A stretch of DNA of 63,324 nt, filler included, from Octopus bimaculoides (lineage: Eukaryota), in assembly GCF_001194135.2 (NCBI RefSeq). It is 7 parts of 6 records of this genome, joined end to end, with 100 filler letters (N's around TTAATTAATTAA, not from the genome) between each part and the next. Parts side by side here need not be neighbours in the genome. Positions count along the whole stretch, not along the records: positions 15,126 to 44,111 come from NC_068986.1; positions 44,212 to 49,249 come from NW_026430319.1; positions 49,350 to 54,771 come from NC_068993.1; 4 more parts are not named here. The stretch is one strand, 5' to 3'. The notes under the pieces are model-generated. The model worked only from the letters and a program-made list of their open reading frames with translations, was not told the DNA's origin and did no database searches. Positions 38,076 to 50,549 of the stretch are shown one piece after another; within the stretch, counting starts at the first letter, position 1, and each line of letters starts with the position of its first letter. The position numbers and the translations under genes were made by a program.

Positions 38076-38463
38076 AAATGAGAATAAATAATGAAAAGAC
38101 TCAGCAGAATTTAGCAGAGTATATATTTATTAACTTTTGCAATTTATAAACTTTTGCCCGTGAAGAAGTTTCGGTTTATTCCAAGATATTAGAATTAAAC
38201 ATGTATATATATATGCATGTATACTACATTCAGACACACGGTGAGAGTATGAACCTTTGTCCCCACCCACACCTTCCTTACTAAGGAGGCATTTTCCATT
38301 TGTGACTAATTTGAGCATCTTTTTATCAGTATATTTAGTAAACAAGACTTCTAGGGAAGACACTGTAAATTTAAGTCCGATGTACGTTGATTCTAGTAAC
38401 GAATTTTGGGATTCGTGTATAGTACTATGCTGTACTAACCCATCTGCGATGCACTTTATAATT

Positions 38464-38665
38464 CAGAATCATTAGCACGCCGAGCGAAATGCTGAGCGGT
38501 ATTTCGTCTGCTGCTACATTCTGAGTTCAATTTCCACCGCGGTCAAATTTATCTTTCATTCTGTCGATGTTGATTAAATAAGTACCGGTCACGGAGTGGA
38601 GTCGATGTAATCGACTTAATCCCTTTGTCTGTCTTTGTTTCTCCCCTCTATGTTTAACCCCATGC
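38464..38665 (+). mobile_element. SINE family A variant with Tx1-like tail
   Basis: Family A body followed by ccctttgtctgtctttgtttctcccctctatgttta. Confidence 0.75.
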
Positions 38666-39477
38666 CGAAGATAAGCTGTTAACTCCTATTGTTCCGAACA
38701 GTATTTCGCCATGAGCTTTACTTAACACTGTGCAATCAACTGATCAAAGCTGAAGTATAAAGTCATCCTAAAGAAGATTCTTTGTTGTATTTTGTAATTT
38801 TGATATATTTTTCGTTCATAAAATACGAATTGAGCAAACAAATGATGTGGCTATGCCGGCGCAGAAAATTCTTGAAATTTTTAGAATTAGTTGCAAATTT
38901 TTAGAATCGTTGTTGTTATTATTAGTATCAGCCGAGTAGATTTATTAAAATAGTTCTAGTCGTCTCAATTCCGTTCATTTCCCATCATATTATCTCAAAA
39001 ACTATTTTATCCAACGAGCGTGATTGTTTCTTCAGATTGTATGATGCAAATTTCAGGGAGGTTGTCGGTTTCTCCTAACTGGATTCGTAATTATAATAAT
39101 AGCTATTAAAGCTGAGATAATTTATAAAGTTTCAGGCGTGACTCTCAACGTCTGGACCAGGAGTTTATATCTACTATCGTTGTTTCATTTCATCACAGAT
39201 ATATAAATACTTAATTCTCAGCTTGTCACTTGACATAGTGAAATGTCTTAATTCAGTCGCACATTCATGTTCCACTCATTTAATACAATTTTTTACTGCA
39301 GTTATGAAATGAACAGCTACTTCTAGCCATACGGGAGTTTTCTGTCTAGTATGATAACTTCTCAAATATCATGTTGCTCGTTAACATGATAGTTAATGGA
39401 TTACAGATATGAATGTGAATTAATTTAGAATCGATTTCACATCGTTTTCGTCTAATGATGTTTTCAGGAGTTTAATC

Positions 39478-40074
39478 GGATCTTTTTTAAAACGGGGGCC
39501 ACATTTTTCATTAACGAAACACTTTGAAACTTGGAACACTGGTAGAATGTGTCATATAAAGCATCTTTTTCTCTTAGTCTTCTTTAAAAAAAAAGAAATC
39601 CATAATTTATTCCATGTTAAAGTTGTCGTATTTCTGTAATTTCAACCAATCACTGACGTCCATTCAGCCGATATACATTACGTGCCGACTACATAAACAA
39701 ACGATTCTGAAACAATTAACCCTAACCCTAAACCTAACCCTAACCCTAACCCTAACCCTAACTCTAGGGTTAGGGTTAGGGTTAAAGCAAATTTAAAATG
39801 AAAAAAGCAAATAAAACGAAGGTATGGAGATTAAATACGCTTTACATCGCTTAATCAGCCAAAGGAGTAAATGTAAACAACTGAATACTTGTCAGTGATT
39901 GGTTGAAATTATCGAAATAAGACAATTTTTTACATGAAATAAATTCGAATACAAAAATATGTTTCTGTTCTATAACACAAAATAGATAAGTATACGAAGT
40001 TTGAAAGTCTTTCCGTACCAAAAGCACTACGTAAAACATTAATGAAAAATATGGCCCCGTTTTAAAATAGATCC
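39478..40074. mobile_element. Merlin-type MITE, copy 2 (inverted relative to copy 1)
   Basis: Imperfect TIRs GGATCT(T/A)TTTTAAAACGGGG; 8-bp TSD GTTTAATC (39470-39477 / 40075-40082); both arms homologous to copy 1. Confidence 0.85.
39717..39784. repeat. Telomeric repeats in inverted arrangement (TAACCC)~8-TCTA-(GGGTTA)3
   Basis: Direct reading. Confidence 0.9.
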
Positions 40075-40099
40075 GTTTAATCAACAGAATTAATGTCTC

Positions 40100-40450
40100 A
40101 GGGAATTTTTGAACATTTCAAAAATACTTGTACACGGGACACAAATCGAGAGCCAAATCGAGAACAAACTATCAGGCGATCACACTTATTCGATCATAAT
40201 TCAGTTAAAACATTGCCAAATCATCTGCAAAAGGTGTGGGTTAAATAATGCGAGTCTAACAGAATCTTCATATAAGCGGTATTTCCCCCCTAACAAGCTT
40301 TCGTACGGTTTCAGGATGTCCAGTTTTATTCGAAACATTGAGAAGACAGTCTACAGAATAATCACAGATCACGATCGAAAACTGGCAACCCCTGATTGAG
40401 AAGCAAATTACTGGGCCAATAGGCCATTGGCAGTGTTTTGAACTGCATGT
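40100..40450 (-). pseudogene. Possible decayed LINE RT relic
   Basis: FADDLAM motif on the minus strand, among stops. Confidence 0.3.
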
Positions 40451-40795
40451 ATAAACATTGAGTAATAAACTGTGTGTATCTCGTCACCTAAAATCTGAAA
40501 TAAAATCGTTTTCCATTCGTCATTCTTACAGTTGAACTTTATAGATTTTCGCACATATGAATTTGCAATTACACAATGAAAAATAGGCAGATACACACAT
40601 GCATAGAAACACTCAGCTACGCATACACGTCCACACACATACACACACATGCGCACACATACACGTGCGTGCGTACACACACACACAAACATATGTACAC
40701 ACATACGCACAAAATATATCTACTTATCTATTTCTCTACTCTGTCTCTCTCTCTTTCACTATAGTTACATAGAAAATTACAAATTCACGCACACA

Positions 40796-40840
<45 letters not shown>

Positions 40841-41026
40841 ACACACACACATAGAGGCAGACACACACATGCACATAGTATTTATCTTTATCTCTATGTG
40901 CATATCTCTATATGCAAATATACATATATGCATATGTATGTATTTATATACAAACATGTGTGTATATATAAAGATGGTGATATATGTATATATATATATA
41001 TATGCATGAATATATGTGTGTGTATT

Positions 41027-41063
<37 letters not shown>

Positions 41064-41082
41064 GTATGCATATATGTGTGTA

Positions 41083-41115
<33 letters not shown>

Positions 41116-41220
41116 NNNNNNNNNNNNNNNNNNNNNNNNNNNNNNNNNNNNNNNNNNNNNNNNNNNNNNNNNNNNNNNNNNNNNNNNNNNNNNNNNNNNN
41201 NNNGTATGAATATATGTGTG

Positions 41221-41277
<57 letters not shown>

Positions 41278-42314
41278 ATGCATGTATGTATGTACGTATA
41301 GAGTGTGAGAGAGGGAGAGATTGGAATGTGTCAGGCAACCAGACATGTCTCTCAGTGTCTTCCAGTTACTTCTCCATAAAGTGTGCATTTATGAGGTTTT
41401 GTTTTATGTTTATTTTGTGTTCAATGTTTATATTTTGTCTCATTGTTTAATTATGTATTTGATTTTTATTTCCTCTTTCAGTCGTATCATTGAGAACTGA
41501 GAAGTGAATGGTGGTGTAATTGATGTCGACAACTGAAAATTACAAAGAAAAGCGGTGGCGGATTTGAAACTACTGTAAAAGGTTGACGAGGAAATTAGTG
41601 TTTAGGAACCAGCGCAATTGTATTTACACAACTCAAAGTTTGCGTATATGAGATCGAATGTTTAAAGTGTATCTGGGTTCACATATTCGATGTGTACAAT
41701 ATGTTAGAGAAATCTGTAGAAAGAAACAGGAGAGAGTTACTGTTGTGAGCGAAAGAGTTTTGTTAAGGATAGACAATGCTGAATGCATAGAAAAGTATTG
41801 CATTTTGAAAGACTGTTCCTAATAACAATGCATGTGACTTAGAAGAAGACTTAGCAATGAACTTTGCCATAAAATATTTGCACAGTGAGTTTTGATGACC
41901 GTCTAGATTTGATCCCATAGATGGGCAAATCGGGAATATATAACTTGTAAGACTTCACTTAGTTAACGTAACTTAAATGGTATATCGTCATTGACGTTGT
42001 CCTTTTAAAGTCGACGATGCTAGCAAATAAGAAATGCTTCCATAGTGGTTAGCAGCCGAAGAAAATAGTTTAAGATTGTTGGGGATTTTGGGTTAATGAC
42101 TAAAAATGAATATTTCAACGGAAAAGTTGATTTTACGCTATGGAAGGAAAACCTTAAAAATACAATGTTAATGTTTATAGCTGTTCTTGTATTTGCTACG
42201 ATTTATTAGAGATTGCATCTGGTCTCATAGATCGTTTACTGTAAATTCGCAAAGAGTTAGTTGATAGTTTATATTGCCATGCTGCTACTTTATTGCGTCA
42301 TTAGTTAAACGCTA

Positions 42315-42391
42315 TGACGTCAGTTGATCGAAGTGAGTTGCTTCAGCAGAGGCATTGATTTCGCTTTCAGTTTCAATACACAGTACAATTG
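42315..42391 (+). promoter_or_regulatory. Candidate promoter and non-coding first exon (CRE TGACGTCA overlapping Inr-like TCAGTT; donor GTAAGT at 42392)
   Basis: Motif matches only. Confidence 0.25.
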
Positions 42392-42557
42392 GTAAGTATG
42401 TGCGACTACAACTATATGCTGTGAACAATATATTCTGAATATAATTTAGAAGGTGGACACTGTACAATTGCCCGTTGTATATACATATAACAGACACGCA
42501 CACGCATACACATATAGAGGTGTGTGTTTGAATGCGTGTACGTGCATATATGTATGT

Positions 42558-42590
<33 letters not shown>

Positions 42591-42942
42591 ATGTATGTAT
42601 GTGTGTGTGATGACTCTTAGAAAGAGGAGAAGAAGAATAGAAAGCTTCTCCTTCTTCCACTTCTTCCCCTCCTTCCCTTTCTCCCTCTTTTTTCTTCATC
42701 TTTTCACTGTGTGTGAGTGTGTGTTTGTGTGTGNNNNNNNNNNNNNNNNNNNNNNNNNNNNNNNNNNNNNNNNNNNNNNNGTGTGTGACTGTGTTACTTA
42801 ATGATGCTATGTTTTAGGAACAACGGTAAGTTTCGATTTGAAAAAAAGATTTCAGATATTTCTATCAGATTGAGTGACCGCGAGGAATTTCATCTCGTTG
42901 CTTCGACCATCGCTACATTATATGTATGTACACATGTACGCG

Positions 42943-42984
<42 letters not shown>

Positions 42985-43781
42985 GAAAAGATGAAGAAAA
43001 AAGAGGGAGAAAGGGAAGCAGGGGAAGAAGTGGAAGAAGGAGAAGCTTTCTATTCTTCTCCTTCTCTTTCTTCTTTATCTTCTACGTCCTCCTTTCCTTC
43101 TCCTTCCGATTCTTCTCTTTCGCCTTCTATTCGTTTTCCTCCCCCTTTCTCCCATCTATTTTTATACGTATACAGCCGTTTGATTCCCCCACAGAATAAT
43201 TTCTCCCCCAGAGAATCATCCGACATACACACCCTTTAATTTTTTTCCTTCTTTATGACCTCCTGATATTTTCATACCAACAAGGTCTGATAGACTCACA
43301 ATATAACAGCGTAACATTGATGCATGTTTGAGGAAGTGCCTCTCCAATGCCTAAAGCAGCATATATTACGTATTTTTTCTTTTAGAATTTTCGCGTGAAA
43401 TGGCGTTGCAAGTGGAGATCGTACGGAAACATATGTAACTTATAATTAAAGATGTGTAAAAGAACTTTCTACGTCTTCTTTTCTTTGGATTATTTACTCT
43501 TTGCGAAGCCATATAACGGTATAACTGTCTTGAAACTTCGATTTTCTACACGGAAAGTATTTCAGCCTTGACTTGAATCTAAACAGTTGATAGCCAAGTA
43601 TTCGGGTTGAGTGCTTCTCTAGAAATACCCCAAATTCACACCCAATTAACTCTAGCTATTTACGGTATATATATATGTATATATATAAATATATACAAGT
43701 CGTTGTTTCTTCACGATGATTCAAACCAATATGCGCTCTGAGAGCTTAAATAGATGTGCTTCTAAACTTCCGTTTTCAACT

Positions 43782-43848
43782 TCAGTCGACAGTGTGATTT
43801 TGTCACTGCCATATACAAAGCAACTGGAAGTGGCTTCCCCTTGAGTCA
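43782..43848 (+). promoter_or_regulatory. Candidate TSS and non-coding first exon (Inr-like TCAGTC; donor GTAAGT at 43849)
   Basis: ATG-free segment ending in a consensus donor, upstream of the candidate coding exons. Confidence 0.35.
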
Positions 43849-43869
43849 GTAAGTATAGGATTTGGCAGA

Positions 43870-44042
43870 AAAGAAAGGGCAAACAGTTTGGCAAGACTTG
43901 ACAACGACATTTAATTTTGTTTATATTATAAAAAAAGGTTTCTAGGATCATAGAAATAGCTGTCAGAGACTAACTAAACATTTTATTATATTATTGAATT
44001 AAATTACCTTGACAAGTCTTGCCAAATTGTTTGCCTTTTCTT
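43870..44042. repeat. Inverted repeat (23-35-bp arms) around an AT-rich core, MITE-like
   Basis: ggcaaacagtttggcaagacttg (43878-43900) versus caagtcttgccaaattgtttgcc (44013-44035), one mismatch. Confidence 0.75.
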
Positions 44043-44055
44043 TTTTAATTTAAAC

Positions 44056-44111
<56 letters not shown>

Positions 44112-44261
44112 NNNNNNNNNNNNNNNNNNNNNNNNNNNNNNNNNNNNNNNNNNNNTTAATTAATTAANNNNNNNNNNNNNNNNNNNNNNNNNNNNNNNNN
44201 NNNNNNNNNNNGTATGTATGTATGTATGTATGTGTGTGTGTGTGTGTATGTGTCTTTGAGT

Positions 44262-44475
44262 ATGTGTTTGTTCCCCATCACTGTTTGACAATCAGTGATG
44301 CTGTGTTTATTTCCCCACAATTGAGTGGTTTGGCAAAAGAGATTCATGGAATAAGTACCAGGCTTTGCAAAAAAGAAAAAAATAAGAACTGAGGTCGATA
44401 AGTGCAACAAAAATTCCTCAAGGTGGTGCCCCAGTATGGCTTCAGCTTAATGACTAAAACAAGTAAAAGATAAAA
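44262..44475 (+). mobile_element. SINE family B, 3' half
   Basis: tttgacaatc..gatgctgtgttta..ggaataagtacc..ggtggtgccccagtatgg. Confidence 0.65.
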
Positions 44476-44924
44476 GAAAAGATGGAAGATAAATAATTAA
44501 AAATTTGATCTAAAACCTATTAGACCTTTATCACATTCTATTGTTTATTCGCTTTCCTAAATAAAAACATGAGAAAAACTTTTATAATTCAATACCATAT
44601 ATTATAAACCATTTAGCATTCAGATTACCATTCGAAATGTAGAGCTAATTTATTCTCATTCTTTTGAATTAATCTTATATTATCACATAACTTCAAGATT
44701 TCAATGATGTGATTGTTTATTTTTAAAATTACATTGTAGTACAGGTGTGAGAGGCCGGATCTGCCCAGTTTGAACATAAAACAGGCAGAATACTTGGGCT
44801 AGATTATGGCTTATTGATTGGATTAAACACAGAATTAACTTTAATCTAGGAATTTTGTGTAAAAAGAAAAATGAGTTTTATATTATTTCATGTAATGTTG
44901 TCTTTAATTTCATATATTTTCCAG

Positions 44925-45041
44925 TTGGCACTGACTGCTGCAGCTCCTATATATCGAGGATTTTTATCTGATACTGACTGTCGGTGGTGTTCCCTTTCTC
45001 AGTCTTGTGATGATCGTACCATGCAAGAACAGGGTTTAGAA
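44925..45041 (+). CDS. Candidate exon a of an uncharacterised single-pass membrane protein (LALTAAAP...[11 protein letters not shown])
   Basis: Acceptor atattttccAG, 117-nt open frame, donor GAA|GTGAGT; accATG at 45021 may be the start codon. Confidence 0.55.
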
Positions 45042-46376
45042 GTGAGTAGTAAAAAGACTGTATGTAAATATACTTTTCGACTTAAGCCCTTCACTTCCTA
45101 TGGAACACAAGACCATCAACGACTCTTTTCCCATTGTTTTTGACTCCAGGCTATGTTTTCTGCTTCCCTTCATTCAGATCTTTCTTAACCTTTTAACATT
45201 TAATCCGGTCACATCTGGCCCAAATATTCTACCTATTTTATGTCAAAACTAGCCAGATATGACCCTACAATGTCATTCTAAAAATAATGAATGACATCTT
45301 TGAAATCCCTAAGCTATGAGATAATGCATGATTAATTCAAAACAATGGGAATAAATAAGGATTACGTTAGACAGAATAATCTGAATGCTGAGGGGTTAAG
45401 GCTCAAGTCAGGGACCAACATGTAATGAAGGATGTTACTTTCTAGCTATTTTTAGAGTAAACTCTCTTCCATCTTACTTGTGGGTTCCAGGTGGCCATCC
45501 CCAATTGCAAACGCCTTCCCTTCCCTGGTCTTGTTGGTTTTATATTGTCATCCATGCTTCTATAACTTTACTTTTGCCTTTTTTTATGCAAACCTACTTT
45601 TACCTCCATGAGTTAGTAGTCCATATTAGTCCAGGCTCTGTCCTGTGTACACAGAAAATAATTATGTTTAAAAGCTCCCTTCACTGGCACACCTACCTAA
45701 ATTGCAGGAGCAAAATTTTTCCACTTGTGCCCACATGAGAAGAGATGCATGACTGCTTACCTATGGGGGTCTACCATGATTACAAACCAACCATCTGTCC
45801 TTCCATCGTTACAACTTAAGAATCCAATAAAATTTTGACCAACCCATACAAATACACATAGACGTGCACTCACACATAAGATTAAACGGTTGGACACCCA
45901 CCAAATCCCTCCCAAAAAACCTTATATGCATTTCAACCGTGCACATATATCAACCCATCACACTTTACTAGCATCACAACTTACTAAGGTTTTGGGAGGG
46001 GGAGGCACATAACTTTTGATGAATCCCATCCTTCTCTTAAATGTCCTTCACAACTTCATTTCATCTTTCTCACAACACCCACAAACTAGATGTGACACTT
46101 CCTCACCTCCTTTTCTGATACTTGGTATCTGTGATGAGTACAGTTATTAAATAACCTCCTGATTATCTAAAATTCAGTATAAAACTGATTCTTGAGATCC
46201 ACTATAATGGGTCTATAACACAACACACACACACACACACACACATCTCAGATCTCAGATATTTCTTCTGAATTTCTCTGATTCTTTCAATGTGCTGGCT
46301 TTCTGGTAATAAATCGATATTAATTATTAATATCTGATTTTTTACCCTATGTTTTAATTCTCTCTCTCTTTCTCTC

Positions 46377-46409
<33 letters not shown>

Positions 46410-46657
46410 ATTAAAAAAGAAGAAAATGCACTAATCCTTTTGCATTGAAGTTAACTAATTTTAAAATATATTATAATAGTCAAATTATTTTAAAATAGAT
46501 TATTACATCTTCTAAAATGTCATGCCACACCCAAAGTACATTGCTACAATCAAATCATTTCAGTATTAAGCGACTTTAATTATAAAGAATAAATGCTATA
46601 AAATTGATTGCTTTGTTGTTTCTTTTATTTTATTCTACTTTCTCTTTCTATTTTTAG

Positions 46658-46796
46658 CCTTTGACAATTGGTAACATTTTGGTGAAGAAAACTCGTTTTG
46701 ATTCAGTGGGTAGTTACCTTTCCATGAGCGACCAATTTTATAATGATTATGATTACAGTTATGATGCTGAACAGTATGAATTACTAAAAGCAGAAG
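46658..46796 (+). CDS. Candidate exon b (PLTIGNILVKKTRFDSVGSYLSMSDQFYNDYDYSYDAEQYELLKAE)
   Basis: Long polypyrimidine tract plus tttttAG, 139-nt open frame in phase with exon a, donor AAG|GTATTT. Confidence 0.65.
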
Positions 46797-47044
46797 GTAT
46801 TTAGAAATTCTCTAAAAAAACATATAAAAATAAGTTTTGATTTATTTATATATAAAAAAAAATTGACATTGACCAGTTGACAGAATTAATTATCCTTTTT
46901 CTTTTTAAAATTTTGCTACTGTGTTACATGTAATCTTAATACCATTCATTTAAACAGTTACATCTTAGACACATTTTAATCATTCAAAAACACACAGAAA
47001 CTAATAATTTCACTTAATTATTTATTACTTGGTTCCAAATTTTC

Positions 47045-47093
<49 letters not shown>

Positions 47094-47120
47094 CCTATCT
47101 ATCTCATGGACGGACGCTAG

Positions 47121-47136
47121 ACACATCGGCTCCCAT
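47121..47136 (+). CDS. Candidate 16-nt micro-exon c (D-TSAP-I)
   Basis: ctAG acceptor after about 120 AG-free nucleotides; GTAAGT donor; the 3n+1 length bridges phase 1 to phase 2. Confidence 0.4.
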
Positions 47137-47259
47137 GTAAGTTACCTTTTTCATCTGTAAAAGGTCTAATTTTGTATTTTCTTATTTGTACAAGTTGTGT
47201 ATAACGCAAAATATTTTGAGACGATATAATTTTCTAATTGAAAATAACTCTATTTAGAG

Positions 47260-49249
47260 CTTTATTTCCAAAAGTTTGAAAATCTTTCCTCGATCCTAGC
47301 CATATTCTGTAAAACGAACATGGCTAAGGTATTCAACGAGGCCGATTTCCCGCCCGTAATGCCAGAGGCGAAGGAATCTAATGCCGTTCCGCATGAACGC
47401 AGACAGGAGGTGGAGAAAAGCAGTGCCTCTGGGTCTACTGCTGCTGCCTCAACCACCACCGCCACCACCATCACGTTCAAAAACTTTGCTGCTACAGCAG
47501 ACTCGACTGCCACCACCACCAGTGACGACAACAACAGCATCAACACCAGCGGAACCGGGAACGCAAGGTCATCGGCCGTCAACACCGACACCACCATTAT
47601 TTCAACAAACTCTGCTGCCACTATCACCACCTTTGAACCTGGCAGTACCAGCACCACTGTCAACACCACCATCAACAACTACAACAACAAAATCGTCGCA
47701 ATACCGTGCAGAACTCTCGAAAACAAGATAACACCACAACCGCTATAAAATACATGTCTGCCAGCACCACTAAAATAAATTTTGCCGAAGCAATAAAGCC
47801 AAAAAGAACAATATTAACATTCACCCAAAAACACGAAATCTCTTCTTACGAAAGGTGATACCGTACAATTACACATTCCCAAACAAATAATTGAAAGCAC
47901 AAACAAGAAATACATCACATACAAACTCATCAACACCAAAACCAAGCGTACTGATAACTTAACCACCGAAAAAATCGAAAAATGCCTTCACCCTATATGG
48001 GCTCATCAAAAGCATGTTACTTGGGGGCGTAAGTTTGCCACTGTTTAAGCGCGCTTCCAGAGCGAAGACTTAGCAAAGCAATTTTCGACACTCTCTCTCC
48101 ACACAGATGACTTGGTGATGATACCGAGTTATATTGGACAGAGAGTGACGAAGGTGACAAGAAAAAATGTGCCTTCAGAAGTAGAGATGCAATGGATAGT
48201 ATCTGCCATATGCCTCGAAATGGAGGAGGCAAATATACTGGAAATTGCAGCTGCAGAGGAGAAAAACTGAGAAGGGAAAAAACTCGAAGTCCACCTCCAC
48301 ATCACTGAAGAGGAGACCTAAAGAATTCCCACATACATCCAACTGGCAGAGGACCACAAGTTGTATGTAGTGGTAGAAGGAAGGCGGCCACGCTGTTATG
48401 TATGCAGCAGCGAGGCACACCTCAAAAAGAATTGTCCAACTGCCGCGAACCAAAAACAACAAGAGCAACTACCAAAACCCACTAGAAAACCCCTACTACC
48501 AACACCACCATCAACACACAAAACAAGAGAAATACCAGGAACACTAACAACTGAGAAGACAACAGCAACTGCAAGAACAAGTGAGGAAACAGAAGAAAAA
48601 AAAGATTCAAAGACTGTTTCCCCCTCCCCCATATCACATACACAAATAACAAGCAACCAACACCAACAAAAAACAGCAACACAACCACTCACAGAAACAC
48701 ACACAGACGCTCACAATTTGCCCTTACCCCCTTCCGATTCCTCAGAACTCTCGTCGGAAGACGAAAGAAATGAGGAATGGCAAATAGCCAGAAAAGGAAG
48801 GAGGAAAAGGAGAAAAAAGCAAAGCAAACACCAACAAAGCAGGGAGATACACAACTCCCGAAAACACTCCAGACACCAGCACAAGCACACACAACACCAA
48901 CACTAGCAACAAAACTCCAAAAGTAAACACACACACAATGCTCACTGCCATCAACACAAAAACTCAGAGTTGATGGAATACATCAACACAAAAACAAACA
49001 TAACAAAGACATAAAAACCAGCAACCACCCGTACACAACACCGCCAGAACATATCAAAATACTACACATAACACCAACCCGCGCACCACACATTAAAATC
49101 CATTTTCCCAAGGCAATTGACAAATGCCAAAAATACCTGGCGAAGAAACTGTACTGTGATCTCCTCGAGGAAAACCCGAAGGAGGAGACACAAAAAACTT
49201 CCGAATGGTAAGTGACTCTCTGTTCCTATCTTTAGAACTTAAACACTCA
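47260..49249 (+). mobile_element. Tx1/L1-clade LINE 5' part: decayed gag-like ORF1 with CCHC zinc knuckle
   Basis: ATG at 47320, Thr/Ser-rich N-terminus, VEGRRPRCYVCSSEAHLKKNCP (CX2CX4HX4C at 48394-48435); frameshifted and cut by a gap. Confidence 0.75.
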
Positions 49250-49384
49250 NNNNNNNNNNNNNNNNNNNNNNNNNNNNNNNNNNNNNNNNNNNNTTAATTA
49301 ATTAANNNNNNNNNNNNNNNNNNNNNNNNNNNNNNNNNNNNNNNNNNNNATATATACATATATATATATATGTATGTATGTATG

Positions 49385-49416
<32 letters not shown>

Positions 49417-49599
49417 CGTATATATTATATATTTATTATTATTATTATTATTATATATCAATATTTAGCAGAACCAACCGAATGACTCAAGTGCTGAGAG
49501 TTTTGTGTGTTGTGTCAATGCCCAAAGCTCTCTTCCTTTGAGTCACTCCGTTGCTTCCGTTGAACATTAATAAAAACATACATATACGCATATTTTCAG

Positions 49600-49693
49600 T
49601 TCTATTTTTCTTGTTTGCATCACCATACCTGTATGCATGTGCATAGTATTGTACTTTAAGAAGGTCATTCTGCCAATGAAAATACACATCCAG
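49600..49693 (+). CDS. Candidate exon d: transmembrane helix (SIFLVCITIPVCMCIVLYF-KKVILPMKIHIQ)
   Basis: ttttcAG acceptor, CAG|GTTATT donor, hydrophobic stretch of about 20 aa followed by KK. Confidence 0.5.
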
Positions 49694-50242
49694 GTTATTG
49701 TTCATTTATTGCTATTATTAATTAATTAATTTAATTGATTGATTAGTTAATTGATTTTCCAAAGTCTCTCAAAACAACCGTAGCCTTTCCAACAATAATT
49801 TTTCCTCAAACTGTCTAATTTACTTTTCATATTTAGTATTTGTATGTATTGTGACTATGTGCATGTGCATGCGCATGTGCGTGCGCATGTGCGTGCACAT
49901 GTGTATGTGTTGCATTGTGTGCATGCATGTGTTTAATTATTAATGGGGTGATAATAGTTATGCTTTGTATTTATGATCATGAGCATCCATATGTGGGCTT
50001 CCATGCATGGTTTTGTTTTTGCTTCATATGTGTAACTATATATATATGTATATATATGTATGTATGTATGTATGCATGTGTGTGTATGTATGTGAGTGTA
50101 TTTTGTTGTTGTCATGGTTTTATTATCGTCATCTGGGAAGATAACAGTATTTCAGTTCATTTTTTATAGCCCATTACATTTTGGTTATTAATTTTTATAG
50201 CACCTTCAGTAATCACCATCTCTCTATCTATGTGTACATGTG

Positions 50243-50299
<57 letters not shown>

Positions 50300-50483
50300 T
50301 GACCAGTCTGTCTAGCCACCTATACATGCACCCATATGATGTGTGTGACAGTAGATGTACTCACACTAATATCTGTATGAATATACATATAAATATATAT
50401 TGGACCTAAAAATGAATGGTGTGAAAGACATGCATAAGGAGACATCAGTCAATAATATACTACACTCTCTGCTATATTTACAG

Positions 50484-50549
50484 GAGAAAACAAAGTCTGA
50501 AAAATATTTTAATAAAATATCTAATAGAAATCATATAAAAATGATATGA
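50484..50549 (+). CDS. Candidate terminal coding exon e (EKTKSEKYFNKISNRNHIKMI*)
   Basis: atatttacAG acceptor, phase 0, TGA at 50547-50549, then an AT-rich UTR-like region with AATAAA at 50689. Confidence 0.45.
   Translation, partial: EKTKSEKYFNKISNRNHIKMI

Noticed and set aside
39717-39784. Ancient telomere-telomere chromosome fusion site
   Set aside because: The polarity is (CCCTAA)n-(TTAGGG)n, opposite to a fusion scar, and the tract is inside a TSD-bounded MITE.
49487-49705. 72-aa minus-strand ORF
   Set aside because: No recognisable domain; the + strand TM-exon reading fits splice sites and neighbouring phases better, although this is unproven.
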